A stretch of DNA of 64,000 nucleotides from Octopus bimaculoides (Eukaryota). The notes under the pieces are model-generated. The model was not told the origin of the DNA. It was given only the letters and a program-made list of their open reading frames with translations, and did no database searches. The stretch covers positions 73,633,390 to 73,697,389 of the forward strand of contig NC_068984.1 of NCBI RefSeq assembly GCF_001194135.2, read 5' to 3'. Within the stretch, counting starts at the first letter, position 1; each line of letters starts with the position of its first letter. The position numbers were made by a program, and so were the translations under genes. Positions 1-12,824 of the stretch are shown here, in pieces.

Positions 1-451
1 AAATAAATAAATAAATAAATCGATTTTCAGACATTGGGCAGTTGCACATATGATAACTATGGCAGCATCTGGCAATTCAGGACACCCTCAGACCCAGGCA
101 TCCAGTGCCTGTCACTGTGTCTCACTCAATCACTTTCAAGCATCAGTTGTGTTTGAATGAAGATAGTGTTGAAAAATATAAATCCGACATATGACCAGAT
201 CGACTTATGACCTGTCAGTTGGAACCGAACTCAGTCTTAAGTCAAGGAGAAGGCATATTTGATACCCACTAGTGAAGTGTACAGAAGGTGTACAATGAAA
301 TATTTTGATTCCACACATAAGACTTTAGCCACCCTGGGGTCTATAGTAGAAGACACATGTCCAAGTAGCCAAGCAGTGGGACTGAACCCAAAATTACATC
401 GCTGGAGAAGCAACTTCTTAACCATACAGTTATGGCTGCACCTATATATAT

Positions 452-518
<67 letters not shown>

Positions 519-589
519 TATTTGCATTCATATGTGTGTTTGTGTGTGTATACATACATATGTACATACATACGTACATACATACATGT

Positions 590-975
590 GGAGGTGCAAT
601 GACCCAGTGCTTAGGGCAGCAGACTCGCGGTCATAGGATCGCGATTTCGATTCCCAGACCGGGCGTTGTTAGTGTTTATTGAACAAAAACACCTAAAGCT
701 CCACGAGGCTCCGGCAGGGGATGGTGGCGAATCCTGCTATACTCTTTCACCACAACTTTCTCTCACTCTTACTTCCTGTTTCTGTTGTGCCTGTAATTCA
801 AAGGGTCAGCCTTGTCACACTGTGTCACGCTGAATCTCCCCGAGAACTATGTTAACGGTACACGTGTCTGTGGAGTGCTCAGTCACTTGCACGTTAATTT
901 CACGAGCAGGCTGTTCCGTTGATTGGATGAACTGGAACCCTTGATGTCGTAAGCGATGGAATTCCAACAACAACA
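590..975 (+). mobile_element. tRNA-derived SINE, family A (~385 bp, (CAA)n tail)
   Basis: tRNA-like head with A-box-like CAGTGCTTAGG and B-box-like ATTTCGATTCC. Near-identical copies at 41221-41609 (+) and 37914-38294 (-); partial copies at about 1867-2020, 27570-27860 (-) and 54673-54910. Confidence 0.85.
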
Positions 976-1417
976 TACATACATGTATGTCAATTACGTT
1001 GACCTCAGTGCTCAACTGGTACTTACTTTCTCGCCCCCCAAAAGGATGAAAGGCAAAGTCAACCTCAGTGGAATTTGAACACAGAACATAAAGTCAGACA
1101 AAATACTGCTAAGCATTTTGCCTGGCATGCTAACAATTCTGCCACCTCACCACTTTCTTCCATAGAAATATTGATTTCTTTCTTAGTTAATTTAATTAGA
1201 TTCTTCCATGCTAAAGGTTTGTTCATGTTGAGGCCAGCCAAGGTCAGCACTACACTATAATGGCTACTAAAACAAAGATTTGAACCTCATCTTTTTGTTG
1301 TCTGTAATTGTAATGCTTCATTCTGAAATGAAAAAAAAAACGACAATCCTTCTCCCCCCCACACACACACACACACTCCCCATTATTATTTCATTGTTTT
1401 TACTTCTTGCTTTTTAG

Positions 1418-1622
1418 TCTCAAGAGATTGTTGTTGAAAATAAAACCAACCACAACCTGCGATATGATCTTGACCTGAGTATTCTAGAAACAAACAACAA
1501 TAAAGATGTTCTCAAGTTTGTAAATAAAGAAGGTGAATGGCTGGAGTTAACAAAAGAAGGATGTATTGGGCACCATCTTGGACCACACGAAAAAGAAGTT
1601 ATAACAGTGATTTGCTCTCCAA
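1418..1622 (+). CDS. CFAP47: CFAP47-like exon 1 (first in window)
   Basis: tttttag|TCT...CCA A|gtgcgt; SQEIVVENKTNHNLRYDLDLSILETNNNKDVLKFVNKEGEWLELTKEGCIGHHLGPHEKEVITVICSP; 205 nt, phase 0 to 1. Confidence 0.8.
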
Positions 1623-2662
1623 GTGCGTTTCAGCTATACTATTGTTTTGAAGAATATTGTTGCTTTTATTACACTAGTTGTTATTTTCATTGTCATTAAC
1701 ATTACTGCCGCTAAGATTTTCATTGTTATTTAGCCTTAGGTAAAGCTTCACCTGTGAAGGTGCATGGCTTAGTGGTTAAAGTATTTGGCTCTCAATCGAA
1801 GGTCTTAAGTTCGATTCCTAGTGGCACATTATGTCCTTGAGCCAAGACACTTCATTTCATGTTTCATCTGTATTTCAAAGGGCCAGCCTTGTCACACCCT
1901 GTGTCACGCTGAATCTCCCCGAGAACTACATTAAAGGTATACATGTCTGTGGAGTGCTCAGCCACTTGCACATTAATTTCATGAGCAGGCTGTTCTCTTG
2001 ATCAGATCAAAGAGAACCCTTGTTGTCATAATTAACATAGTGCCAGTTTAAAGCTTCACCTAACAGGCATATGAACGTAAAGTATTTCAATCCTGACTGT
2101 TGTTCCACCACAACCTTAAGATGGCTTTGGAACCTGTTGTATGCATTCCTCGCTGTATCCCTGGAAAGATCTTCAAACACCTCCTTGTTATTGCTGATAG
2201 TTGGTGTCTTTCTCAATTACAACCCACACATGGTAATCCATGGGATTACAATTGAGGGAATTAGGAAGCTAGAAACTGGAGCTGATGATGTTGTAGACAA
2301 TCACATTCTGAAGGAATTTGGTTTTCATGATTTCCATGTCACATCTTAGAGCCTTTACAGTATTCACAGAGCATTGAGCAGCAGTCATGATGTCAAAGTT
2401 TTGAAACTCAGTGTGAATCATCATGATAGAAGTAACTTTTTTTCCAATATTCAGATGGCTTCCAATCTTCTGTCTCAACTAACTTTTACTCAACTATAAC
2501 TTTAATCTTTATTCAATGTTAACACCATTTCAAATATGCTAAGAGCACATTTGACTTGTAAACAAGCCATTCACCATGTTTTGTTATGAAGAAAACTTCT
2601 CGCTATAAAAAACATAAAAGAGTATGTCTCTCTTATCAGCTCGCAGTACTACTGCCCGGTTT

Positions 2663-2710
2663 CTATGACTGAAGAGGAGATAACTACTCCGAAATGCTTG
2701 CATCTCACAG
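2663..2710 (+). ncRNA. Minimal type I hammerhead ribozyme candidate
   Basis: CTATGA-CTGAAGA-GGAG ATAACTA CTCC-GAAA-TGC TT GCA-TC^TCACAG. All core nucleotides present; P2 4 bp, P3 quasi-palindromic, P1 5 of 6 pairs. Confidence 0.7.
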
Positions 2711-3003
2711 TCTGGATAGGTGGCACTGTGAGCTGATTTGGGTGTATTTTACACCATATGTCTATAGCAAGACAGACAGACAGACGGATGGATGGATGGA
2801 TGGATGGATAGGTAGGTAGACAGACAGGCGGGTGGATGGATAGACGGATGGATAGGTGGGTGGATGGATGGATATATACATATATATGTATATAATGATA
2901 TAGATTTAATCAAAAGATTAAATGTGGTACTTAAAATGTTTGAGGCACCAGAATTTGGTAGGGTAAAAACCAAGAACAAAATCAAGAGATTTGGTGAATA
3001 AAA

Positions 3004-3411
3004 TTTGAAAAAAAGCAACAAAAATTCAATAGGTTATAGCAGTACGCACATTTCGTACAATCTCCATTTATTCATGAACTGAGAACACTACATAAAATGT
3101 ACAATGAAAATGTACTCCTCAGCTGCATAATGGAATTTCATTTTAGAAAGTCATTTTGAAGATATATGCAAGGTGAGGAGTACATTTTCATTATACATTT
3201 TATGTAGTGTTCTCACTACATGAATAAATGGAGCTTGTACGAAATGTACGTACTGCTATAACCTATTGAATTTTTGTTGCTTTTCTTCAAATATATATGC
3301 ATATATATTTGAAGAAAAGCAACAAAAATTCAATAGGTTATAGCAATACGTACATTTCGTACAAGCTCCATTTATTCATGTAGTGAGAACACTACATAAA
3401 ATGTATAATGA
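3004..3411. mobile_element. MITE-like element with ~120 bp arms plus an inverted duplicate (A, A', A)
   Basis: About 3004-3121 is the reverse complement of about 3172-3292. 3188-3411 is a palindrome centred at 3299/3300 with one mismatch, running into an N-gap. Confidence 0.75.
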
Positions 3412-3701
3412 NNNNNNNNNNNNNNNNNNNNNNNNNNNNNNNNNNNNNNNNNNNNNNNNNNNNNNNNNNNNNNNNNNNNNNNNNNNNNNNNNNNNNNNNN
3501 NNNNNNNNNNNNNNNNNNNNNNNNNNNNNNNNNNNNNNNNNNNNNNNNNNNNNNNNNNNNNNNNNNNNNNNNNNNNNNNNNNNNNNNNNNNNNNNNNNNN
3601 NNNNNNNNNNNNNNNNNNNNNNNNNNNNNNNNNNNNNNNNNNNNNNNNNNNNNNNNNNNNNNNNNNNNNNNNNNNNNNAATCTTAATCTTAATCTTATTT
3701 C

Positions 3702-3746
3702 GGCCAGAGTTCTTTCGTCACACTTCTGTGACCTCATCAGTGGTCC
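3702..3746 (-). ncRNA. Minimal type I hammerhead ribozyme candidate (antisense to the gene)
   Basis: Minus strand: GGACCA-CTGATGA-G-GTCACA GAAG TGTGAC-GAAA-GAAC-TC^TGGCC, followed by a (TAAGAT)n tail. Confidence 0.55.
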
Positions 3747-3791
3747 TTTGTTTCCTTCTTTCTTATGTGTGTCTCACCTTGCTAACTATCA

Positions 3792-3842
<51 letters not shown>

Positions 3843-5026
3843 GCACATATATATCGTGAAATATATTTGCCACCTAAATGTGGCTAACCCTTAAGGGTTG
3901 ATGCTAGTGTAGCTTGTTGCCCCAGGAAGACATCTCCTCCAGCTGGCTATTGACGCACTTTCTGTTCCCTTTCAGTATTTGCAAAGGGAAGTCATCCTTC
4001 CTATCTCCATCTGTGATACACACAGACCCGAGTTTCTTGGTATTGGCCTGTCATCAGCTTGTGACAGCCACCGGCTGGCAATGTGAAGTGGTTCCCAATA
4101 CAAATATATATCTACTTTTTCCAGGTTTGGGGTGAGGATGAGGGGGAAGCATATCGGGGAGGGGTGGGGGAAGTGGCATAAGGTGTGACGGAATGGAGGA
4201 GTGAGTGGAGTTTATATTGATTAGTGAGAGCAAGAAATTCATGGAAGAGATGATTTAAATGGATTATGTAGCGTAGAATAGTGTGTGCATAGGAAGGTGA
4301 AAGAGAGGAGAAAAAGATGGAATAAGCAAGAGGGAGAAGGCGGTTGAGGATGTGTATTTTGGAGAGTTTGGAATGAATGGTGACACTCATAAGACAGTAG
4401 GAAGTAGTACAGAGTAAGGGTAGGATGGCAGAAGCAGAGTGGAAAGTTGGGTAGAAATGGAGGTAGAAACCTTTGGGGATGAGGTGTTGTGAAGGCCGTG
4501 ACTGAGAAATGAAACATGGCTATAGAACTGTGTTTTTTTTTTNNNNNNNNNNNNNNNNNNNNNNNNNNNNNNNNNNNNNNNNNNNNNNNNNNNNNNNNNN
4601 NNNNNATTACTAGGGAAAGATTAATAGAAGGTTGAAAGCAGTAGAAAGGAAGTGTGGAAAGGTTTTTCTTTAAGCAGTGGTGAAGGTGGAGGAGGAAAGA
4701 TTTGTAATCAGGCATGATTGAAAAAGGAGAAAAAAAGGAGGAGAGAGAAAGGCAAAGTAATGACGTACAGAGTATAAAAGTTCAAAAAATTGAAAAGACA
4801 TGAGAAGAAAAAGAAAAAAAGGAAGAAACAGGGAGAAAAGAAGAGAAGTTGGAAAGGGAAAGAGAGAGAGAGAGAAGCAAAGTAACAACGTACAGATTAT
4901 GAAAAAACAGGAAGTTTAAATAAGTTCAAATGTCATGGTGTATTGGAGCAATTTTTCATCAATGGAAGAGTCCAGTGAAATCCATATGTATATCCATGTG
5001 TGTATGTATACACGTGTGTGTGTATG

Positions 5027-5058
<32 letters not shown>

Positions 5059-5080
5059 TATATGTGTGTGTGTATATATG

Positions 5081-5115
<35 letters not shown>

Positions 5116-5486
5116 GAATATCAGTTAAAGTATATACTGTAATGCACTATGTTTGACAAAGCGAATGGAATTTTCAAAAGCTCACAATAAAATTTGGTCT
5201 GTGTGTGTTTCTGACATGGTTGTATGGTTAAGAAGTTTGTTTTATGAAGTCTCAGTCTTGAACACTCTGTGCAACACCTGTGTCAATGATGACATATCAG
5301 TTTTGAGATGGTATTTTTTTATGTTTGTTGCTCTCATTTTTACTTTCTCATTTTTTTTTTTTTTCCTAATATTATTTTATCCATTTCTGACTTTTACTTT
5401 ATCTCATTCTCTGCTGTGTTCAATTTTTAAAATCTCACCTTTGTATGTTTTTCATATCTTCTACTTGTCAATGTTGCTGGGCACAG

Positions 5487-5682
5487 AAACCTGCACCAAC
5501 TATAGCTTCCAGATTCCAATTTACCTCAATGAAAACTACAAAACAGTTCACAAATATCTTCAGATCTGTGTTTTTGTGAGGCTTTCCTGGATTGTGTTCA
5601 ACCCATCTGCTGTGTACTTCAGAGTTCCATTGCAAATTGAAGACTCTGTCGATGTTGTTATGCAGCCAGTTGATTATTCTAC
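5487..5682 (+). CDS. CFAP47: CFAP47-like exon 2
   Basis: gcacag|AA...AC|gtgagt; (K)TCTNYSFQIPIYLNENYKTVHKYLQICVFVRLSWIVFNPSAVYFRVPLQIEDSVDVVMQPVDYS; 196 nt. The acceptor pyrimidine tract is weak but the phase fits. Confidence 0.78.
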
Positions 5683-7949
5683 GTGAGTGATTTTAACTTT
5701 ACCTCTAACCTCTCTATGACCATCTTCTCTCATTTTTTTTTTACAATAGGGACAACAATGTATCTCCCCTACAGCAAGTCACTTATACCTGTTTCTCTCA
5801 TCATACTTCAACTTCACATCACTTGACACAAAGCCACCTTTCTCAATACTATTTCTCCCCTCAGTTGTGGTGTTTTGTCCTGCAAATTACTTAGTGACAT
5901 TACTGGTGCTGGTGTTACATAAAAAACATCCAGTACATCTCTGTAAAGTCACTGGTGTTACAATGGGCACCCAGCTGCAGAAAACATGATAAAGCAGACA
6001 TCAGAGCTTGATATAGTCCTTTGACTTGGCAGCTCCTGTCAAACCGTCCTACCCTGACCATCACAAAAAATGGATATGGCAATGACAATGATGATGACAA
6101 AGATGACAATGTCAACGCCAACACTACCAACAAATATGACTCAACTAATTAATGAAAACTGTATATTTATTTTGAAAAACATCTCTGGTCTTAAGAAAAA
6201 CATGTGTGAACCAATGAGGGATTTGCTATGTGGTGAACCTAACAACAAGAAATAGTACCCAGCTCCATTTGAAATCACATGCTACCATCTTAGAAAGTGA
6301 TAGACCTATTGGTTAATGTGGTCTTAGATATACATTATACCCGAAAGAAAAATAACAGAATGGTCTGCTCAATTCAGAATGATCTGAAAGTAAGCAACAA
6401 CAACAACAAGACACATATGCACATTCACACACGCACATGTGCACGTATGCACACACACCACACCACAAATACCACGCCACACATGCATACTATGTGGTTG
6501 CTTGAATCGCTAGAAAACATACCTAAGTTTCATTTCAGGTTAAATTCTATTTACTTTGTAAAAGAAAAAGTAAAGTGAAGGACTCATAGTTTAATGTAGT
6601 TCAAAATACACTAGGTTGTTAAAAAAATAAAAGTCACTGCCAGAGTCCATTTGGTCAAAGTTTTGCTTGATCAGGTTTGACTTGGGGCTAAAAAACAACA
6701 ACAACAATATCAATTACCACAAACACATGCACTGGAGGTGGTTCATATTCACTTTGTTATTATTTAATTATTTAGTTGCTTGGAGCAAAGTTCTTTCATC
6801 ATTACACATCAGTGACCTGCTCACTGACCCCTCTACAGCTGTCTAGTTCTCAAATAGTTGGTAATTAAGTAATTAATTTAATTTGTGTATTTATTTATTT
6901 AATTGTTTATTGGTAGAAGCAAATGAATGGTTAAATAGATTAGTTATTTATACTCTGCCTTCTTACTTCTCAAGCGTTATGATTTCAAATCTGCTGCATG
7001 CTTTTTATTGATTTATTGTGTTCAGCACAAAACATTGGTTTCAGATTTTAGCACAAGGCCAGCAATTTTGTGGGAAAAAGTAAGTTGATTGCATTGACCC
7101 CCGTGCTCAACTGGTACTTATTGTATTGACGCCAAAAGCATGAAAGGCAAAGTGAACCTTGGCAGAATTTGAACCCACAGTGTAAAGAGGGACGAAATGC
7201 TGCCTAGCATTTTGCCTGGCTGACTAATGATTCTGCTAGCTCGTCCCACCTTTCATCCAACTCAACATATTGGTTTTAAATTTTGGCACAAGACCAAAAA
7301 TTTCACGGGAGTGAAGTAAGTGAATTACGTCGGTCCCAATACTCACCTGGTACTTATTTTATCACCCCTGAAAGAATGAAAGAGAAAGTGGACTTCGGCA
7401 GAATTTGAACTCAGAACATAAAGATGGATGAAATGTCACTAAGTATTTTACCCAGCATGCTAACAATTCTGCTGGCTCACTTTCATCCAGCACAAAATAT
7501 TAAACTGCATCTAGTAGTAAGGCTACTAGATGGTTTAAATGCTAAAAGATGAAAACATGTCAAGTTTCCTAACACTCAAATACCATATAAAATACAGTAA
7601 AATTGTGAGGAATATTGCTTGTTGTTTTTATTTTGATTTTCTTATACATCTGTTTTATTTATTTTTTATTTCCATCATTTTTCTTTTATTTGTTTCATTC
7701 ATTAGACTGTGGCCATGCTGGGGCACCACCTTGAGGAAATTTTTTATCTAAGGAATAATGAATCAAACCCATTGCTTATATTTCTTACAACTTGTACTTA
7801 TGTTATCAGTCTCTTTTGCCAAACTGCTGAGTTATAGGAACATGAACACACTAACACAAACTGTCAAGTAGTGGTGTGGGACACACACACACACATGTTA
7901 AATTAAACTTACGTTTAGAAGTTAGGTTTAGAAGCATTGAGATGTATTG

Positions 7950-8160
7950 AAAGATACAGATAAGGAAATAATTTTATTCTCAAACGCAGGATAATGCTAG
8001 TAATATAGCATGAACAGGATAAACTATCCATATTTTGCAGAAAAATCTGTTGGCAGCCAACAGATTTTTCTGCAAAATGTGGATAGTTTATCCTGTTCAT
8101 GCTATATTACTAGCATTATCCTGCATTTGAGAATAAAATTATTTCTTTATCTGTATCTTT
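7950..8160. repeat. 211-bp near-perfect palindrome
   Basis: 105-bp arms centred on 8055, 3 mismatches. The ORF track gives almost the same peptide on both strands. Confidence 0.92.
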
Positions 8161-8164
8161 ATTT

Positions 8165-8208
<44 letters not shown>

Positions 8209-8659
8209 CTTAATAATAATAAAACTCTAGAGATGTTTGTTTGTACGTGAAATATCTCAGAAATAGTATATTTTACCTTAATTATTTTTTTTTGCATATA
8301 TATTTCCATACTTACCTTCGGCAGTGCAGTACAAATTTTTGTGATATTTGGACCTCTATTTATTAAAGAAAGCAATTAAACACAATTTCGGTTTGTTATT
8401 TCTTGACAAAAAACAAAACATGGCTTCCATGACATCAACACACATACACATACAAAATACACACACATATAATGAATGTCATGGTATGTCAATCAACACA
8501 AACACAGGTCCACTAGCTGTGACACATACACACACACACAAATATTTTTATCTGAATGTGATTTCAGAAATGTAAGTTGCTTGTACAGTAAGTATTTATA
8601 TTTTAGCTTTCTTTAAACAGACTGTTTTAATGTCTTTTTTAAATTATTTTCAAGTGAAT

Positions 8660-9254
<595 letters not shown>

Positions 9255-9907
9255 CCAAGGGAATACCATTACAAAAATCTTTTGGAGTGCATTCAACATA
9301 TCTCAGCTCCAAAGATTTGGCTGCTACCACATAACAGCTATTTGTGATAATTAACCCAAAATACCTGTTATGTGGTAGCAGGTCAGACAAGAAATTGCAG
9401 CCAAATCTTTCTTTTTCTGGGGAAAGGAGCCGTTTATGCATGATTTCAATGTCACATTCATTGAAAGCATGCAAAATAATCTGGAAAAGAAAAAGAAAAC
9501 CCATGAAACAAAACTCTGTTGCTGGAAAACTCAGACTTTCCAGGTGACCCAACAGGTCACAGGTAGTCTANNNNNNNNNNNNNNNNNNNNNNNNNNNNNN
9601 NNNNNNNNNNNNNNNNNNNNNNNNNNNNNNNNNNNNNNNNNNNNNNNNNNNNNNNNNNNNNNNNNNNNNNNNNNNNNNNNNNNNNNNNNNNNNNNNNNNN
9701 NNNNNNNNNNNNNNNNNNNNNNNNNNNNNNNNNNNNNNNNNNNNNNNNNNNNNNNNNNNNNNNNNNNNNNNNNNNNNNNNNNNNNNNNNNNNNNNNNNNN
9801 NNNNNNNNNNNNNNNNNNNNNNNNNNNNNNNNNNNNNNNNNNNNNNNNNNNNNNNNNNNNNNNNNNATACATACATACATACATACATACATACATACAT
9901 ACATACA

Positions 9908-9940
<33 letters not shown>

Positions 9941-10060
9941 TGTCGTAGATCGTAGGCTTGAAACATAAAAGACTTTCTCACCTCCTGAGCATTAAACTAA
10001 TACACCTATTTGTTGTTTACACACCTGTCTTCATCCTTTGCTTTTTTTGTAAATTCCAAC

Positions 10061-10092
<32 letters not shown>

Positions 10093-10272
10093 AACACATA
10101 CATACAGGCACAGGAGTGGCTGTGTGGTAAGTAGCTTGCTTACCAACCACATGGTTCCAGGTTCAGTCCCACTGCATACAAATAATAAGTCCTGGGGTCG
10201 ATTTATTCAACTAAAGGTGGTGCTCCAGCATGGCCACAGTCAAATGACTGAAACAAATAAAAGAATAGAAGA

Positions 10273-10312
<40 letters not shown>

Positions 10313-10511
10313 CAGGTATCTTTCAGTTTCCATCTAACAGATCCACTCTCAAAGTCTTTGGTCAGCTCAAGGCTATAGTAGAAGACACTTGCCGAAGGTT
10401 CCACACAGTGGGACTGAACTTGGAACCATGTTGTTGGGAAGCAAGCTACTTACCATGATTTTTTTACTAATTAATTAATTTCTTTATTTGTTTATTTATT
10501 TATTGTTGTAG

Positions 10512-10603
10512 GTTTCCTGAACTGACAGTTGAATGTCCTAGTGTCACTTGTGATGACAACAAAGTTATTGAACCTTTCAAAGCAACAATTCTTGATAACG
10601 GTG
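10512..10603 (+). CDS. CFAP47: CFAP47-like exon 3
   Basis: ttgtag|G...G|gtaagt; (T)FPELTVECPSVTCDDNKVIEPFKATILDNG; 92 nt. Confidence 0.85.
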
Positions 10604-11589
10604 GTAAGTACCAAACCTTCATTGTAATCATTATAACATGATTTTTTTGTGTGGGGGGGTAGAGCTTTTTTTTTGCTTTATAGTTTGTTTTTTTACTTTT
10701 TTTATGCATTCATAATCTCCTAGCAAGATTGAACTTGTTCACCAGTTATTCTACATATTCAAGTCCCTATGATTCTACAAAACTGAGATCATTGTTATCT
10801 GACTATACCATTCCTTAAAACATTAAAAGTCTAATATTAATTTTATTTTCATCCCTTTGCGGTTGATAAAATAAGTACCATTTGAGCACCAAGGTTGATG
10901 TAGCTAACTTAATTAATAATACTAATGATATATGTGCATATGCATGTATACATACATATATGTACATACCTACATCTACATGTGTATATAGATGCATATC
11001 CGGGTACAGGACGTCAGAAAAAGGAACGGAAACATAAAGCACAAAAACGGACTTTGTTTACAGACAACAGAACGAACACATAGGAAAACAGACGAGCCAC
11101 TTATGGAACTTTTCCTTCATCAGCTGCCTCTATTCTAAACTAGGCGTTTCAAAGATGAGGATAAGACAACAAAAAACTGCACCCCTCTGCCAAGCCATGT
11201 CAAGCCAATCGGCAGAGTAGACTCATCAAACCAGTATGATTTCAAGCTCAAATTCACAGCCTCCATATCAGACCATGGTTGCTGGAGAGGACATATTCAT
11301 CCTGCAATAGACTGAACATAGGCAATCCAGTCCAATATTATCTTAGGACTGATGTCCTCATGTTTGCTGCTATAGTCTCAATATCTTAGCTGAAGTAACC
11401 TTGGGCATTCTTTAGGTGCCAGTTATATTCAGTTTTGTTCTTGGAAAAACATATAGTGTGTAATAGGAGGGATATTTGGCTGCTATTTGTTGCTAGTCAG
11501 TCAATGGCATTGAGAGACTCTCTCTCTCATTTGGCTCATTGTTGTTGCTGTTAACAGTGATGGGGGTGATAAACTAAGGCTAATGTCAA

Positions 11590-12065
11590 TAGCAACGATG
11601 ATGACGATTATGATGACGGTGATAGTAAACATTGGGATAGGAAGAAGAGAAGGAAAAATCGCAAAAGAGTAAAATATTTCTGGTAGTGATAAAGATGATG
11701 ATGATAATGATGGTGGTGGTGATATTGATAGTGGTGTGGTGGTGGTGCCAGTGATAAGAATGATAATAATTATGATCATAAAAGTGATGATAGATTTTAA
11801 TAAAGATGACAATGATATTGATGATATTGGGAGATCATAACAATGATGCTGATAACAAGGACGGTGATGCAAAACACGATAGCAATGATGATAGCTAATG
11901 ATGGTGATAACAATGGTAATAATAGTGATGACAATGATGATGATGATGATGATGATGATGATAGTGTTAAAAGTGATGGGAATGATGGTAGTATAGTCAC
12001 AACAATGAAAGGATGAAAATGATAATGATATGGGTGATGATGAAGATGATGGTCGCGGTTGTGGT
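11590..12065. repeat. Degenerate (GAT)n trinucleotide tract; related (CAT)n tracts at about 13700-13930, 19780-20020 and 43900-44300
   Basis: Low-complexity trinucleotide repeats; they produce the spurious poly-I/M/H ORFs. Confidence 0.9.
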
Positions 12066-12824
12066 ACAAAATAATGAAGAAAATATTCCAGAAGTAATTA
12101 GAGTGATAGAATTCAGGTTGGCACTCTTTGATTTGTTTTGCTTTTTTTTAATTTTTTTTATTTGCAGAGAGACACAAAAAACAATTACACACACACACAC
12201 ACACACATATATGCACCCACGTCCACCTACACATATACATCCACAAAATAAATAAGGTGAAAAACTATATTTGTTTCTNNNNNNNNNNNNNNNNNNNNNN
12301 NNNNNNNNNNNNNNNNNNNNNNNNNNNNNNNNNNNNNNNNNNNNNNNNNNNNNNNNNNNNNNNNNNNNNNNNNNNNNNNNNNNNNNNNNNNNNNNNNNNN
12401 NNNNNNNNNNNNNNNNNNNNNNNNNNNNNNNNNNNNNNNNNNNNNNNNNNNNNNNNNNNNNNNNNNNNNNNNNNNNNNNNNNNNNNNNNNNNNNNNNNNN
12501 NNNNNNNNNNNNNNNNNNNNNNNNNNNNNNNNNNNNNNNNNNNNNNNNNNNNNNNNNNNNNNNNNNNNNNNNNNNNNNNNNNNNNNNNNNNNNNNNNNNN
12601 NNNNNNNNNNNNNNNNNNNNNNNNNNNNNNNNNNNNNNNNNNNNNNNNNNNNNNNNNNNNNNNNNNNNNNNNNNNNNNNNNNNNNNNNNNNNNNNNNNNN
12701 NNNNNNNNNNNNNNNNNNNNNNNNNNNNNNNNNNNNNNNNNNNNNNNNNNNNNNNNNNNNNNNNNNNNNNNNNNNNNNNNNNNNNNNNNNNNNNNNNNNN
12801 NNNNNNNNNNNNNNNNNNNNNNNN

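Noticed and set aside
590-665. tRNA-like sequence at SINE heads
   Set aside because: These are SINE heads continuing into SINE bodies, not functional tRNA genes.
237-682. ORFs rich in IY/YI, HT, CV, SL or poly-I (and dozens like them across the window)
   Set aside because: Translations of (TA)n, (CA)n, (CT)n and (CAT)n microsatellites or SINEs; no coding signal.
11090-11155. CTGATGA with GAAACGCC upstream on the minus strand
   Set aside because: No consistent P1, P2 and P3 could be built in any permutation; at most a decayed relic.
12279-12824. Possible hidden micro-exon between exons 3 and 4
   Set aside because: Exons 3 and 4 already join in phase and the gap content is unknown.
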